Below, piece by piece: positions 12,187 to 26,290 of a DNA stretch of 64,000 nucleotides. This stretch comes from Rhynchobatus australiae (Eukaryota): positions 27,653,021-27,717,020 of the forward strand of contig JAUZTB010000127.1 of the NCBI GenBank assembly GCA_034780895.1, in the 5' to 3' direction. A program made the translations under genes and the position numbers. Below the pieces are notes generated by a model, which saw only the letters and a program-made list of their open reading frames with translations, searched no databases and was not told where the DNA came from. The first letter of the stretch is position 1, and each line of letters starts with the position of its first letter.

Positions 12187-14419
12187 TAGAGTGCCAGCTT
12201 TATGGAAGTGAGGCCCGAGGCCCACTTTGGAGCCTGAGACTTTCACCTTCTATTGTGCATTCCAGACAAAAATCAATGCAAAACTGAAGTTTGAGAAAGT
12301 TTCTTGGCCATTGTCTTTCAGTCCCAGTCTTTCTGGAACCTTGTAGAAAGTGGTTGGTTTCGGGCCTCAGTGTAGGCACTTTCAACTAGACAAGGTGAAA
12401 GACATATTGAATAAAAGAAACAAGTAAAATTACAAAACCTCACAATATGATTGATCAGGTGAATCTCAGCATGCTCGGCCATTTCTCATTCAGAAAGTGA
12501 AGTTAAAATATAGTATGGTTTTAGTGGAACATGAATAAACAGAGGATTGACACCATAAGTCTATTTTATTGTGGTATAATTATATTAACAGATAGCTGAC
12601 TTGTGATTATACATTAAGTAAACCCCAAATCATAAGAGGTTTGAAATAATGGTCAGTTTGAGAAAGCCCTGTGAAGGTGATTAGAGATTAACATAACACA
12701 ACACATATCTCCTAGATTTTCCTATTACAAGGTACTGACATACATGTAAATTCACACATCCAATATCCTAATTATTGTTCCTTTGCTATTTACAGAGATA
12801 TTATATTCCAAGGCACAAAATAGAAAAGACGCCTGACATTTGGAAGTTCACATTGTGGGTTAAATAGAACACAATGTAGTTTTTGGAGCAATACCACTCG
12901 ATCTGAATCTCAAAATGCTGCCTACAAATAATAAAGAAGAAGGAAATGAGCTGAACTGGCTTTTATTCTTTCAGTGTAGAAAACAGAAGGGTGTTATGAT
13001 CAAATTATTAAAGTGCTAAAATAATTTATTGGGTTGAATGTAGTGAAATTATTTCCCTTAAGTTGAATTAAGAACATGGGGCCAAAATCTGGGGTGAATT
13101 TATTTTTGATATCTCTACTTTCCTGCTTTCTGAGGGTCTGGGCAACCAGCTCCACCAGCCTCTGAGATCATTCTTGCAATTCTAGTCCGATGTACATTCC
13201 CACTTTCCTGAGTGTCACTGCTCCATCTTTGATGGTCATCCCTAGACCCTAAACTATGGAATTCCTTCCCTGAACATCTTTCATCTCCTTTAAGATGCTC
13301 TTTGAAACCTTTGGCTTAAATTAAGTTTTGGCCCCTGGTTCTAATTTTCCCTTCACCTGGACATCGATAATCAAGGGGGCATAACTTCAAAGTAATTGCT
13401 GTAAGGATTAGAAGGAAATCGAGGATCAATGCTATTACACATGGGGTAGATAACCTGAAACTTACAGCCTGAAAAGGTGATCATTCCAAACACTGTCATG
13501 ACTTTTAAAATATACTTAGATGTGTGCATGACGTGTCTTAACCTACAAGGTTAAATGTCCAGAGATGGAAAATCAAAAAAAAACTAGATAGGTTAGTAGA
13601 TCCACTACCTCACCTCACCAGAGAACTGAGTTCAATCCTGACCTCAGGTACTGTCTGTGTTGAGTTTGCATGTTTCATCCCACGTTCCAAAGGAACTGAG
13701 CTGGCTGCCGCTCCCACACTAGACAGGATGGGCACCAGGCTTCCTACCAAACTTTGCAGACCATTCAATCTGGATTCCTGCAAATCCTCAGACATTTCAT
13801 GCAATCCATCAGGCAATGTCCCAAGCTTCCCTGTGTGCATCCATATAAGGCTTTGTCTGTGGATTGACCTATCTGAGCCCTCAGAAGCTTGACTGGCAAC
13901 CCTGCTCCAGGGAAATGGACAAACTAGGCACCTTTTCCTTTGGCCAGCCTGCAGTCTACATACTTGGTGACTCACCACTGTTTGCAGAGAGCCAGCATCT
14001 TCGTGATGCATTCTTCTGATTCTGCTGCCTGGTTCTCTACAGACAGGATTTGTTGGTTGTTCGATGAAAGAAAGACGAAAGGTTATGGTCATGGTGAGGG
14101 GACATGTTTAAATTGTCTGAATCTTGAAAGGCAGGAGAGATGAGAGAGGTATGGGACATGCAAGGTAAGACTGAATTTCAGCAAATCATCACCTTCCTCA
14201 AGCTTCAGTCCTTCAATCCTCCCTGATCTCTGTGGCTGACTTCCCCACGATCATTAGCACACTCTTCTTAAGAGAATTAAGTTGTGTCTCTCGACAATCT
14301 GGGAGGTTATTGCCTCAGACTGCAGTATCTCCCCATCTTCTTCTGCAAGGAGAGTGTTGATGGGTTGCAATGTGTCTCTGTGACCTGTCTGCCCTGATAT
14401 GAGTGTGGGTTTGTGAGGA

Positions 14420-15065
14420 AAAGGCTGTGCGTAGCTTGAGGAACAAACCACACAGTCAACCAAGCAACAGTGATTCCTGCACTCCTAAATGCTTCTGGAC
14501 TACCAGCAGCAAGCACTTCAAGGCACTGGGAAAAATAAAAGCAAATGCTGTTTCTGCAAAGCCCTCCAAATTCACTAGAAGGATAAGAGAATCAATGTCT
14601 GTACCCTCTTCCAGGCCGACATCCCAGTATTGAGGCCCTAGTTACACCCAGTCAGCTCCATTGGGCAGGCCACGTCAGTTCTTGACACCAGACTCCCGAA
14701 ACAGACACTCTATTCCAAGTTCTGTCATGGAAAGAAGTTACTAGGTGAACACAGGAAAAGATTCAAGCTCCAATGAAAAATGCAGCATCTCCATGAACTC
14801 TTTCGAACCTTTGGCCCATGACCAAGTGTGGAAGGAACATTTAGGATGGCATTGAGAACCCTGTGGTCATACATCAGGAACACACAGAAGCCTTGAAGTG
14901 GCAGAAGCAGCACGTGACCTCATAAATTACCCGTTAGCCCACACTATCAAGCACCTTCTGCCTATCTGTTGATAAGTCTGCAGTTCTCACATTGGCCTCA
15001 TCAATCGTCTCAAAACTCACAGACTGGAATGGAAGCAAATCATTCTTATTCCCAAGAGCCTGCCT
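14420..15065 (+). mobile_element. Decayed RTE-clade LINE 3' part
   Basis: Frameshifted remnants VIPALL, WTTSSKHFKAL, LQIH*KD, IEAL...QLHWAGHV, DTRLPKQTLYS and a C-terminal C.SHIGL...LKTH motif, followed by a (GA)n tail. Confidence 0.8.
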
Positions 15066-15087
15066 GAGAGAAAGAGAGAGGGAGAGG

Positions 15088-15144
<57 letters not shown>

Positions 15145-15164
15145 TGAGAGAGAGAGAGAGACTG

Positions 15165-15197
<33 letters not shown>
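15066..15197. repeat. (GA)n microsatellite running into a gap
   Basis: Directly visible. Confidence 0.95.
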
Positions 15198-15712
15198 NNN
15201 NNNNNNNNNNNNNNNNNNNNNNNNNNNNNNNNNNNNNNNNNNNNNNNNNNNNNNNNNNNNNNNNNNNNNNNNNNNNNNNNNNNNNNNNNNNNNNNNNNNN
15301 NNNNNNNNNNNNNNNNNNNNNNNNNNNNNNNNNNNNNNNNNNNNNNNNNNNNNNNNNNNNNNNNNNNNNNNNNNNNNNNNNNNNNNNNNNNNNNNNNNNN
15401 NNNNNNNNNNNNNNNNNNNNNNNNNNNNNNNNNNNNNNNNNNNNNNNNNNNNNNNNNNNNNNNNNNNNNNNNNNNNNNNNNNNNNNNNNNNNNNNNNNNN
15501 NNNNNNNNNNNNNNNNNNNNNNNNNNNNNNNNNNNNNNNNNNNNNNNNNNNNNNNNNNNNNNNNNNNNNNNNNNNNNNNNNNNNNNNNNNNNNNNNNNNN
15601 NNNNNNNNNNNNNNNNNNNNNNNNNNNNNNNNNNNNNNNNNNNNNNNNNNNNNNNNNNNNNNNNNNNNNNNNNNNNNNNNNNNNNNNNNNNNNNNNNNNN
15701 NNNNNNNNNNNN

Positions 15713-15881
15713 TTCCTAACCCGTACGTCTTTTGGAATGTGGGAGGAAACCGGAGCACCCGGAGGAAACCCACACAGACACGGGGAGAATGTGCAAACTC
15801 CTTACAGACAATGGAGGAATTGAACCGAGGTCGCTAGCGCTGTAATAACATTACGCTAACCGCTACACTACTGTGCTGCCC
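15713..15881 (-). mobile_element. Young V-SINE (HE1-like), 3' part lost in the gap
   Basis: Minus strand reads gggcagcacagtagtgtagcggttagcg (box A), ggttcaattcc (box B) and gtgggtttcctccgggtgctccggtttcctcccaca (V-domain). Confidence 0.88.
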
Positions 15882-18800
15882 TTATAATACACTATGAGAA
15901 AAAACACTCAATTGATGCTTCTTAAGAATGAGGTGCACATTCAAATTTCATGAGTGGCTTCAGAACGAACTAGTGTACTTTCCATTTTAAGAAACTTTGT
16001 CCAGCATGAATGTATTTCTAGCTCATGTATCCTGGCAAGAAGGCAGCCTCTTCAAGATCAAGAGGTTAAGGGGAGAAATTGGAGATGAATAATGAGATTT
16101 GAAGTTGCAACTGAAGTCCAAGGCCATAATATAATGTAACAAATGCACTTTTGGGTTGAAAGTTCATTGTCCTCCCAGAAAATTGCTTGCACAAAAGTTC
16201 ACTACATTTGAAAAATTGTGAGGGGACAACATATCACAGTTTGTGTTCAACAACCTTATTAAACCCCATGATGTCAAATTGATTTACTTCAGGAACAGAT
16301 TCATCATCTGATGCAAAGTTCAACAGTTCAACCCTTCAGGAATTTCTGTTGCAGCACATTACAGTATGATAGAACGAAACGTAAGCAATGAACTGAGGTC
16401 ATTCTGTACCTTTTCCTTACTTTAATTACCATCTATTTCTAACTCCTCTGCCTTCCCCACTCTCCACATTCTCTGCTTGCTAATTTAATCCAGGTAACAA
16501 AATCACACTAATATCTTACAATAATTCATGTTTGAAATTGGCAACTTGCGGGTTGATCTCTCTCTGATGATATTTCCATTTCAGCCATGAGGATGCTGCA
16601 AATGGTGGGAACCAAATGGAAACCCAGTGAGTATGAATGTTACTGTAATACAGGAGAGTTGGTGACTCCAGAATCATGTTGGATTTCCAGAAAACCCATT
16701 CAATAAACTCAGCTGAAATTGAAGGGGAAGTAAGAAAGCATTTTTTAAAAAAACATTTTTTTCTGAACACTTTGCTCTTTGTAGCTGAAAGTAATAGTTC
16801 AAAGGCCAGTCAAGCAGTAGCCATCAGGTGATGATGAGCCTGTTGACTTTCCCCATTGGCTGTTGGAAGGCAAGGCATGAGGGATCAGGGCACGTGGAGG
16901 TAGGACGTCATATACTGAAACCTCCAGGAATATGACTACATGGAGTTGGTAATTGTGTATCGTATATGTTGGAACATCTTGGCATTGAGCATCAATAACC
17001 ACAAAATGTTTGACGGAAAGAGAAATAACTATAAGAAATGTAAGGACCTCACCACTGGCTTTAATTACCCTTTAAGAAAATTAGAACTTGACTGTTGTAC
17101 TTCACATGGGCCTAAAAGTTAGCTAACAAAGGAGATAAAGTAACACAAAGAGAATAAATATCTAAGTAGAATTGTATAGTACCTATGTTCTTCAAGTATG
17201 CCTGCAAGTTGGAGTTCAATTGCGGCTCTCCAGCCTCTGAGCCAGATGAATAAGCCCACTCCAGTAAACTGAGCATGGAAACTGAACTACCCTGCCGAGG
17301 GAGGTGGTCCCTTTTGGTTGAGGCATAAACCTGGACATACCCCAGTGGACCTTTTCTTGGTGCTCTTGTCAATGTTTAACCCCTCTGTCCATTCACAGGA
17401 TGTTAACAGTGCAGCCAGGTCAGCATACTTTGTCTATCGCTTAACTGAGAAGGTGGNNNNNNNNNNNNNNNNNNNNNNNNNNNNNNNNNNNNNNNNNNNN
17501 NNNNNNNNNNNNNNNNNNNNNNNNNNNNNNNNNNNNNNNNNNNNNNAGTCTCAATGACAGTGAAGAAGATGTGATATATTTACAAGCCAGCTTGGCCTGT
17601 GACTTGAAGAAGAGTTTAGTTGTGTTGGTATTCCTGTGTATCTGCTGCCCTTATCCTTCTGCTTGGAAAGGTTGCAGGCTTATGATATGGTGGCAAAGAA
17701 GCCTAAGTGAGTTGCTACAGTGCATTTTGTAGATGGTACAAATTGCAGACATGGTCTGCCAGTGGTGGAAAGACTGAATGTTTAAGGTGTTAGTTGAGTG
17801 TCAGGCAGGCTGGCTACTTTGCACTGGAGGCTGTCAAGCATCTCATGTATTGGAGTTATGCTCATCCAGGCAAGTAGAGAGTATTCTATCACACTTCTGA
17901 CTTGTAGATGGTGGAAAAGGCTTTGAGAAGTCAGGTGGTTGCTGTAAAATTATGGTCATTAAGATTATGTTAATGAACTGCATTTTTTAAAAATGAGTTA
18001 AACAAACAAATTAGAATAGGATTGCGTGTTAGAATTGTAGTATAGGTGAGGACAAATGAAGATTGTCAAATATTCAGTGAAGCACACTGTCCTTTTCCTG
18101 CTGAAATTTGTCATCTGGGAAACAGAGCTGCTCCAGACTAAATAACATGGGTGCCAGTGGTAGCAGAGGGAGTTAAGGAGAAACTTGACAGAGATTTATA
18201 TTTTCTCTCTATATTTATTTTGATCGCACTAGATTTCTCTGCTCCCCTCTCCTGGGCTAACAAGGTCAAGTGCAATCTTGCCTTAGGCCAGTGTTCACCC
18301 ACAAGCACTGTGGTCAGAGAGCATTAGATGGTGGTCAGGAGCACGACCTCAGGCTATTCTTCCCCTGCTCCCGCCACCTCCCTGACACCAGGGAGTCCAA
18401 CACAGGCACTTCAGCTGCGATCAATATTTGAAATGGTCTGCCTCATTGTTTAACAGAGATGTGTGCAGCCCTCCGTACAAGCAGATCCACCACTGGATTC
18501 TGGTAGATTTTGGCAGCTGAGACTAAAAATAGAAGTACCTGATCAGACAAGTTTGATCAGGAAACGGCTCCACATTTGTCAACAAAAGGCACTGCCATGT
18601 GCATGAGGTAGCTCTCCTAAACCCCACAGAATTAGAATGCTACCCAAAGAGTCACCAGAAATTGGCAGCTGCCTCCCCAACAGCAAAAGAAAGGTTGCTA
18701 TGTGAACATTCTGACTGTCGTGTCCTTTAAGTTGTTCAACCAGTTCATGCAGGTTGATGAGGTAATGTTATCGGCCTTTGTTCACCAATAGGGAAGGTGA

Positions 18801-18995
18801 GGGACCAGAAAGAAATCACCTATCAAATATTCCTGCTCCTGGACAATAGTTCTCTTTGTTGCTGTACTCCATGCTTCAGAATCCATCTCCCTGTATAAAC
18901 AAGGAGGTCTTCTTAGTGCTAGATACCTTGGAGGAATGTTACTGAATTGGTCATGCAATTACTGACACTTACAATTTGAGGTACAAAGATCGACA

Positions 18996-19028
18996 CTTGA
19001 GCTTGAGCTTGACCTTGAGCTTGACCTT
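18996..19028. repeat. (CTTGAG/CTTGAC)n hexamer repeat
   Basis: cttgagcttgagcttgaccttgagcttgacctt. Confidence 0.85.
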
Positions 19029-20859
19029 TGGAATGAACCATCAATTGGTATCCATAGGGTACACTACTGTTACAGCCATAATAAGAAGCAGAGATATGTG
19101 GCAATTGAAAACCAGGGTGTCTTGATTTTCTCAAAGGGCACACTTACTTTTGACCACACAAGAGGCAGACACACTAACTCTTAGCCATCCTTTTAATGTG
19201 GTCCTGACATTCAATCCAGCTTGGGCTGAAGCAGCAGCAGAGAAGGAACACAGTCTCTGTTTATCAGCCACTTTCCGCATAACCCCCAAATTACACAGAG
19301 AAGTGCCCTTCTCTCAAATTGCATCACGGTGCCTCACACGGATGTCTTATCTGCATTTCTGCTGTGTTTAAAACCACAGCGTGACTTCATGTTACTGGGG
19401 CAACAGAAGAGCCTTCTCTTCCACCTAGCATCATTATCTATCAAATTTTGGGCAAAGAGAGTGGAGGACCTCCTGCAACCTTTGCGATAAATAGGATTTT
19501 CCAACTATAAGGACAATGTAGTGCTAGATTCTGCCAATCCTTTCTGTAGCTGTTGCTGGAGGGATGGGGTGTTTGCTGCCTCCCAAACTCTGGCAGCCTT
19601 GAATGAGTAATCTCAATAAACAAGAAACTTCTGTGCTGTTGGTTAAAATAATCAGTGTATCACGTTGCCAGAAACTATCTTTTGGAAAAGTGCTCAAAGG
19701 GCTCAACAGAAGTTGTTTGATCAGTGGACTTTGAATCAGCAGAATGCTTCAAACTTGGCTAAAGCACACAACGTATTTCAGGGTCTTCTAACCACCACCC
19801 ACTTTGTTATTAAATGACATCCAAATCAGTATTAGTGGTAAATCCTATCTAAATATACTTCCAAAAAGCTTTGAGCAGATAAAAAGAATGGTGCTGAGCC
19901 ACACAACATAACAAAAAGTCTTTGATAAATTACCTCATGTGGGATAAATATTGATCTGCACTCCAGAGCAATAGCTCTGCAACCTTCAGCTTGTGGTATT
20001 AGATCTTGCATTTATGCCCAAGAGGGTAAATGAGGCTTTCATCAAATGCTTGAGCTGAAAGACAGAACTTCCAACCAGTGGGAGTGTCACCCTGGATAAT
20101 GTGTTCAACAGTCCAGCATGGGGCTGGTACCTGGAGTCCTTGACTCAGGCTAGGCCAATAAAATGAACAACCAGTGTAACTGTAAAGAAAAAAGGCAGTT
20201 CACTGTTTTAAGTACAGATGTGTCATTGGAACTGGGTGTGGATCTGAACTTACCATTGGCAAACTATATGAGCCAATGCCAGGAGATGAGTGTTGGAAAT
20301 AAAAACAGAGGCAGGCTACAGGAAAGATAGAAATTGGCAAGAGGAAAGATGGAGGCACCTCAGGTTATTGGTTGATTCATCCTTCCTCATGGTCAAACTG
20401 TGTGAGGTGGCAAGCAGGAGGATTCTGGATTGCATTGCAAAATGAGGTAAGTCCAGTTCCAGATACATGATGAAGCTGTCCAGATCTCTGGCATGGCTGC
20501 GCACTGTGGCTCTTAACAAGGGAATAGTCTTTGTGTGACAGATAGGAAGGGGAAGCCACGAAGGCTGATTCCTATCTAGTGAAATGGTCCAAGGGGAATT
20601 CTGATATAAACTGGAATTAGGGGGTTGGGTCATACAATGTGGAAACAAGTCCTTTAACGCACTGAATCCACACCAACCATCAAGCACCCATTCCTTTTAA
20701 AAGTCTCAGAATACACAAGATACTTAAAGGGATACTGGCAATGGACAGGTATATGTCAATACTTTGAATGGCAAGCTTGGAATGACTTCAGTGGGTATTC
20801 TGTATACAGTGAGATTTAATACAGTGGTCACAGAGACAACACTGGATCTAGTTAGTGTG

Positions 20860-21265
20860 GACAACCATGCCTCAATGGGCAGTATTCTCCTCTCTAGGTG
20901 AGAAGGCTGAGTTCCCTCTCCAGACCAGAACACATTATCAAGGCTGATAGCCCAGTGTGTTCGGGCGCCCTGCCCTATTTGGTGCCGTCAGTTGGAACAG
21001 AAGATAAACTGAGGCCCATCTGCTCTTAGGTGGAAAAATCCCAATAAACTATTTGAAGAAAAAGAATTCTTCACATTGTTCTGACCAATATTTAACCCTT
21101 AAGTACCATCGCTAAAACAGATCATCTGATGTTGCCGTATGTGAAAACTTGCTGTCGAGCAAATTGGCAACCATTTTTCTTGCATTGAAAAAGAACAACT
21201 TAACTGCTTGTCAGATGGTTTGGATGCCCTGAGGTGGGGAAAGGTTTTATAAATGTTGTTTCTTT
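20860..21265 (+). mobile_element. Deu-domain SINE (SacSINE1/AmnSINE1-like). Other decayed copies: about 32190-32600, 39760-40135, 45100-45420, 54470-54770 (+) and 29780-30130, 40520-40880, 53165-53380, 58360-58700 (-)
   Basis: Recalled Deu-domain motifs aggctga..ccagtg, gtgccgtc, aaactgaggccc..tctgctct.aggtgga, actatttgaagaa, ccaatattta, cttgctgt..gcaaattggc, followed by an L2-type tail. Confidence 0.65.
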
Positions 21266-21634
21266 ATTGTCTTTTCACTTTAATAGATGTTGCGATGGGG
21301 AATATGTAAGATGATATCCTGAGAGGATGAAATCATAATTGGCAAAAATGCCATCAAGTTGTATCATGGGACCACTGCGGTGGAAAGCTCCTCTTGAACA
21401 CAGGGCCAGTTCGAGGCCGAATGTTGCCATTACCCATGTGCAATGACATGACTCCCTGTTTCATGGATGCATCCATCCTTGAATGGTTGGCTAAAGTGGT
21501 CCCAAATGGCAGAGATGAGGGGAGTTGAGTGATGGAGTAGGGGAATAAAGATTTAAAACTAATTTATGCCTGAAATAAGTATGGGGTAAATCAATTAGTC
21601 CATGTTATTAACTGCACCAGTAGCATATAACTAG

Positions 21635-21820
21635 AATAAAAACAGTAAATTTTGGAAATACTCAGCAGGTCAGGCAGCATCTATGGAGACCCAAACAGAG
21701 TTAATATTTAAGGACTGGACCAAAACGTGAACCCTATTTTTCTCTCTTTAGACACTGCTGGTCTGCTGAGTATTTCCAACATTCTGTGTTTTTCTTTCAG
21801 ATTTCCAGCATATGTAGCAC
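21635..21820. mobile_element. Inverted pair of Penelope-like terminal-repeat fragments
   Basis: ggaaatactcagcaggtcaggcagcatct (minus copy) followed by tctgctgagtatttccaac...agatttccagca (plus copy). Confidence 0.75.
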
Positions 21821-24800
21821 CTTGGTCTTGCAGACACCTAGTAATTTACTGTGGGTTTTAAGTGCAGAATACCAGTTTTTTCATCGCATCTCCTATTGTA
21901 TATGTGAGATAGGGACAGATAGGCTTATTGCACCATCTGCTGGTTAGAGGCAGTGGTATATCCAGATGCAGAGGCTAACTGGACCCACTTGTACTGCGTG
22001 AAACCTGGTGTTCATCTACTAATCCAACTAAAATTAATTTGATTGCATTCTTCACTCAAGTGGATCAGCTTTTGATTTTGTCTAATAATATTGCCAAATA
22101 TTGCTATTTTGAAGTTGTTACATAAATGCTTGTTGCAATTTCNNNNNNNNNNAAAGAAAGAGTGGGCTCCTGAGGTTCTGCTAGGATTTTGATCATTTTT
22201 TGGAGAAGTGACAGTTCTTTTACATTCTGAACAAAAAATAAACAAAACATTTCCAACAGGGCTTTAGCATGACTGAAGCAATGAATCCCTCCACAAAGTT
22301 GCCTGGCCACATCCTGAATGTTGGAAATTAAATCAGATTTTTGTTGTATCCAGCCTGAATTTTAATAACAAGATGCTAACTTTGATCCCTTCACACATAT
22401 TTGCCAGGAACCAGCAAACCAGTGCGGTTTATTTGTGATTATTATATGACTGGCTGTAAAAATAAAGTATCCGTGATTTATAACATCTGTACTCTCAGTG
22501 AATCCAGCCACACATGGTCCAAAGTGCTGGGATGTTGGACATGCTCACCCCAGTATACTGGGTTGGCATGAGGAGTTGAATATAAACACTTCAACCATTC
22601 TCATTTTCCATTCTCAGGCTTCCGGCAACTCCAGACAAATTCCAAGTCTCCTTGGAACAGTTGTTCAATCTGCAGTGAGCTCACATAACAAATCTCAATA
22701 TTCTGTAGTTCCACTTCAAATCAAAAACTAGTCTGATGGAATGTTAGCAGCAGATAACAAATAGAAAACATTGAAGTATTCCTAACACAGCTTCAGCTTA
22801 AAATACAACCAACCTGAAACGTTAATTTCTTTTACAGGTACTGCCTGACCACATCCCGAGATTAAAGAATAGCGAATTGTAAAATAAATTCTGAAGACTT
22901 CATTGAAAAATAATGAGCAGCGGTACAACATCAAACACTTGTAGACCCTGCTTCAGGTTAGCCAGGGTGTAAGATGTGTTCTGGACCATAAACAACAAAG
23001 AGATGCTGCACAAAGCTAAGACTTCAAGTAGAATCGGAAGTTGGGTTCAACAATCCCGACATCCATTTCATGCGGTTCTTGACAGGAAGCGTCCGAACCA
23101 CTTCTATCTGCATGTGATTTGTGTCTTATTTGTTGACTTCCTTTGAAGTGATTGAAAACAAGCTGCTAGCATGACATGCTGGAATAGGTTTTCCCTGTCA
23201 GCTGAAGAGGGAATCAGGAGGTGTTACACGTTGCAGTGGACTTTCCAATCTATTTTGGGATGAGGAAGGCAGACTAGTTTGCAGAGGTTAAAATGGTAAT
23301 GTTCTACCATCAGATGCCACCCATGACTTGTCACTTTTCACTGCCCCCAACAGGGGCATTCTACCTTCTTGAGTACAGGAGATGGAGGATCTCAAAGTTG
23401 CAGGTTGGCATTTTATTCAAAAGTTTCAGGTCTCAAACCAAGCCAGTTTAGAAGCTGGAGAGAGTCCAATGTAGGGGTGAGGCAGGATTGAGAGGCAAGT
23501 TCACCCAGGTACACTGGAGAAAGCCTCAAGCCACCTTTACAGCTCATTCCCCTTGCAAAGATGTGCCTCCAGTAAGAATTGGTATCTGTTTGGTGGGTGG
23601 GAGTGGGATTCTTGACAGGAAAAGGCTGTCGAAGGAACAAGTTGTATCGGTCCTGTCAGTTATAAGGGTAGGGTGGGGTGGGGGGATGGGGTGGGAGACA
23701 CAAGGAGGCCACCAGAGTCGGGGAGGGCATGGGGTGAATGCCTGGGAAAGAGGAGAGCAAAGGTGGCATTCCGAAGGAGCACTCCCAAAAAGGAACTTAA
23801 AATATTCTTCCAATTTGAGCTCTTCTTAGAACTGACTTCCTCTGGGGATCTCAACATTGCTTTTTGTGTGCACAGCTGTGGGTTTAAAATCTCATGAGGT
23901 CCTAAAAGATCCTGACTACTGTATATTTATAGGCATTTGCCAGCACATGGCAAGGATCCAACAGTCTGCCCAAAACAAAATGTTAAACTGGCACTGGGTG
24001 CAAGGGTAGCGTCACTCCTTGGCAGGCAAGGCACTAACGCTATTTTATCCTCTCAGCCCCCCCCACTCAACCCTTGCACCCTGGCCTTATTGAGCATAGG
24101 AGAGTAAACGGGAGATAGAGGTTAAGATCAGCTCTTGGGCGTTCACGAGTACCTTTAGAAAACAGCTTGTTATATTTGCCTGAATTTACATACAACTGTG
24201 ACTTTAAATAAATCATACATGCTGTTTGTTCTGGATTGCAATAATCTGATTTGCAGAACTTGCTTTTCCGCTCTCATTTTGTTTAACACAGCAGGTTTTG
24301 TTTCAAGATTTGAATGGTGTGTGGCTACATGTGTCTGTAAAAGAATTGGGGACTTCCACAAGTTGAACTTCAAGCGTTTTGTATGGGAAAGATACAAAGC
24401 TGAATTCATTGCAGTCAGTGCAGGCAGTTGTTTTGACAACTACTAGCAGTGGCAGGCATTATGTTCCATCACTGCAGTTGTGCCTTTATTCCACACTCAA
24501 TCTGTGGTATCAAATCATTATGTTTAAATGGGTATTGCCATCATGGTACAGAATGCAGTCAATAATTTTTATTTTGAGATGGAATGTAGCTAAATAATTG
24601 GTCAGTCATTTTAATCTTTAATAGTAGCACTGTGAGGGACTCTGTGAGTGGAGTCCTTGTCCTCACACTGACTTCCTTCACCCCACCTTCAACTGTCCAG
24701 GCCCCAATATCTTGAATTTCCACCCATAACCTTTTCCTCCTTCTTTCTGCTCCAATATGGCATTTCAGTGGTACCTAACTCTAAAGTTTATACCAGGGAA

Positions 24801-26029
24801 ATGAAAAGCTCACTACTACTGCAAGTTTTTCTTTTCTTAATCCTCCTTTAAGATGTTGTCTTTAACCAAGCTTGTTGCACTAATGTCTTGTTCATTGATG
24901 GACCAGTAGTTATTTTGTCTGATTATACTCCTGTGAAGCTCCATGGGATTCTTATTGCATTCAAGGTGCAAAGTAAAATGCAAGCTTCTATTAGGAAAGA
25001 TTTGAGGAAAGGTTTGCCAAGCTTGGATATATGGGTGCTTGAACCCCAAATGCCATCATTTCACATATTTCAGTCTGAGTTCTGGCCATCTCTTTGGCAG
25101 GAACCAGAAGAACCATAGAGAAGTGAGTGGAGCTGCTAGAAATGCTCACTTCATTTTTTATCTAGAAGCATTGCTGGTCTCCTACCAAACTAATGATAGG
25201 ACAACTGCAGCATATCAGAGCCATGGCCTCAGTTCACAGAACTGGACATGCCAACATTATGGAAGGACACCTTTAGTCCCATTAGGCTACCCAATGTACC
25301 CACTGTCATCCATGTTCCTGTATCTTCCTCCAATTCAAGTATTCCTACAAGTAGGTCACTGCGTTACCTATGTTCTGGGCAAACTAACTGCAACTTCCCA
25401 CAAAACAATGAATAAAAATCTTCCCTAGAACCTCACCCCACTCTGGCAATGAAAACTTAAATGGATTTTTCCTGCAGTTGCCTTCACACATAGGACAATG
25501 CAAACAAGGGTTCTTGACACCCGAGGAAGAAATGAGGAATTGAGGGAAAAAAAGAGGGAGAAAAAGAAAGCAAATCTGAATCGAAAGCAGATTTTTTAAG
25601 GCAGGTCATGTTTAAAATAATTCTCCCAGGCATTTAACCCAAAGCTACAATGTCTGGTCCAAACATGGGAGCAACTTTAATGAAATCCAAGACCTCTGGC
25701 ATTGTGATTCATGGCATGAATCACAGTCAGTGACTGGCACAAATATTGAAATGAAGGTTGTAGGCATTTGAAACATTTCAGGGATACCCACACATACTCT
25801 TTTAATGAAGACCATGTTTAAGGCGCCAGTGAGCTTTACCACAGTGTACAAGGAAAATGTTTGGAACACCATCTACTCTAAAAAGGATGCATTAAATCAA
25901 CAAATACTGAGCTTTATATATTCCTCAGCGAGCGTGGTTGGAGTGTTGGCTTGATGAACTGTGGATTAGCTTTTTGGTGTGGGTAAACACACATACTTTC
26001 TTGTTTCCTCCAGACTATTATTTTACATA

Positions 26030-26290
26030 GAATGACATAGCATTTACAGTACAGAACAGACATTTGACCCAGCTGGTCTATGTTTATGCTCCACACAAAT
26101 TTCCTCCCAATCCTTCTCACCTCAGCCCGTAATATCCTGTTCCTCTCTCACTCATGTACCTGCCTAGCTTTCCTTTAAATAAATCTATGCTATTTACTTC
26201 CACTTCACCTAGTAGAAGTGAGTTTCACATTCTAACCGGGCTCTAGTGGAAAGAAGTTTCTCCTGAATCCCTCCAATAGAATTATTACTG
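26030..26290 (-). mobile_element. CR1-type LINE 3' fragment
   Basis: atagaat...tacagtacagaacagacatttgaccc tail and tttcacattctaacc...gaagtttctcctgaat body. Confidence 0.55.

Noticed and set aside
14934-15773. Long ORFs spanning N runs (also at 5475-6140, 48099-48527 and 50909-51511)
   Set aside because: Artefacts of translating gaps and microsatellites.
23010-23140. Locally CpG-rich patch; minus frame SQQIRHKSHADRSGSDASCQEPHEMDVGIVEPNFRFYLKS*
   Set aside because: No recognisable homology, and no partner exon was found.
3818-24446. Plus-strand exon-like segments with good splice sites (3818-3885 LLLGHIMLLVPIAVTSLFIALP, 8662-8724, 16585-16626, acceptor near 24291-24294)
   Set aside because: They are short and match no family I recognise. 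Such sites are expected by chance in 40 kb, so RNA-seq would be needed.
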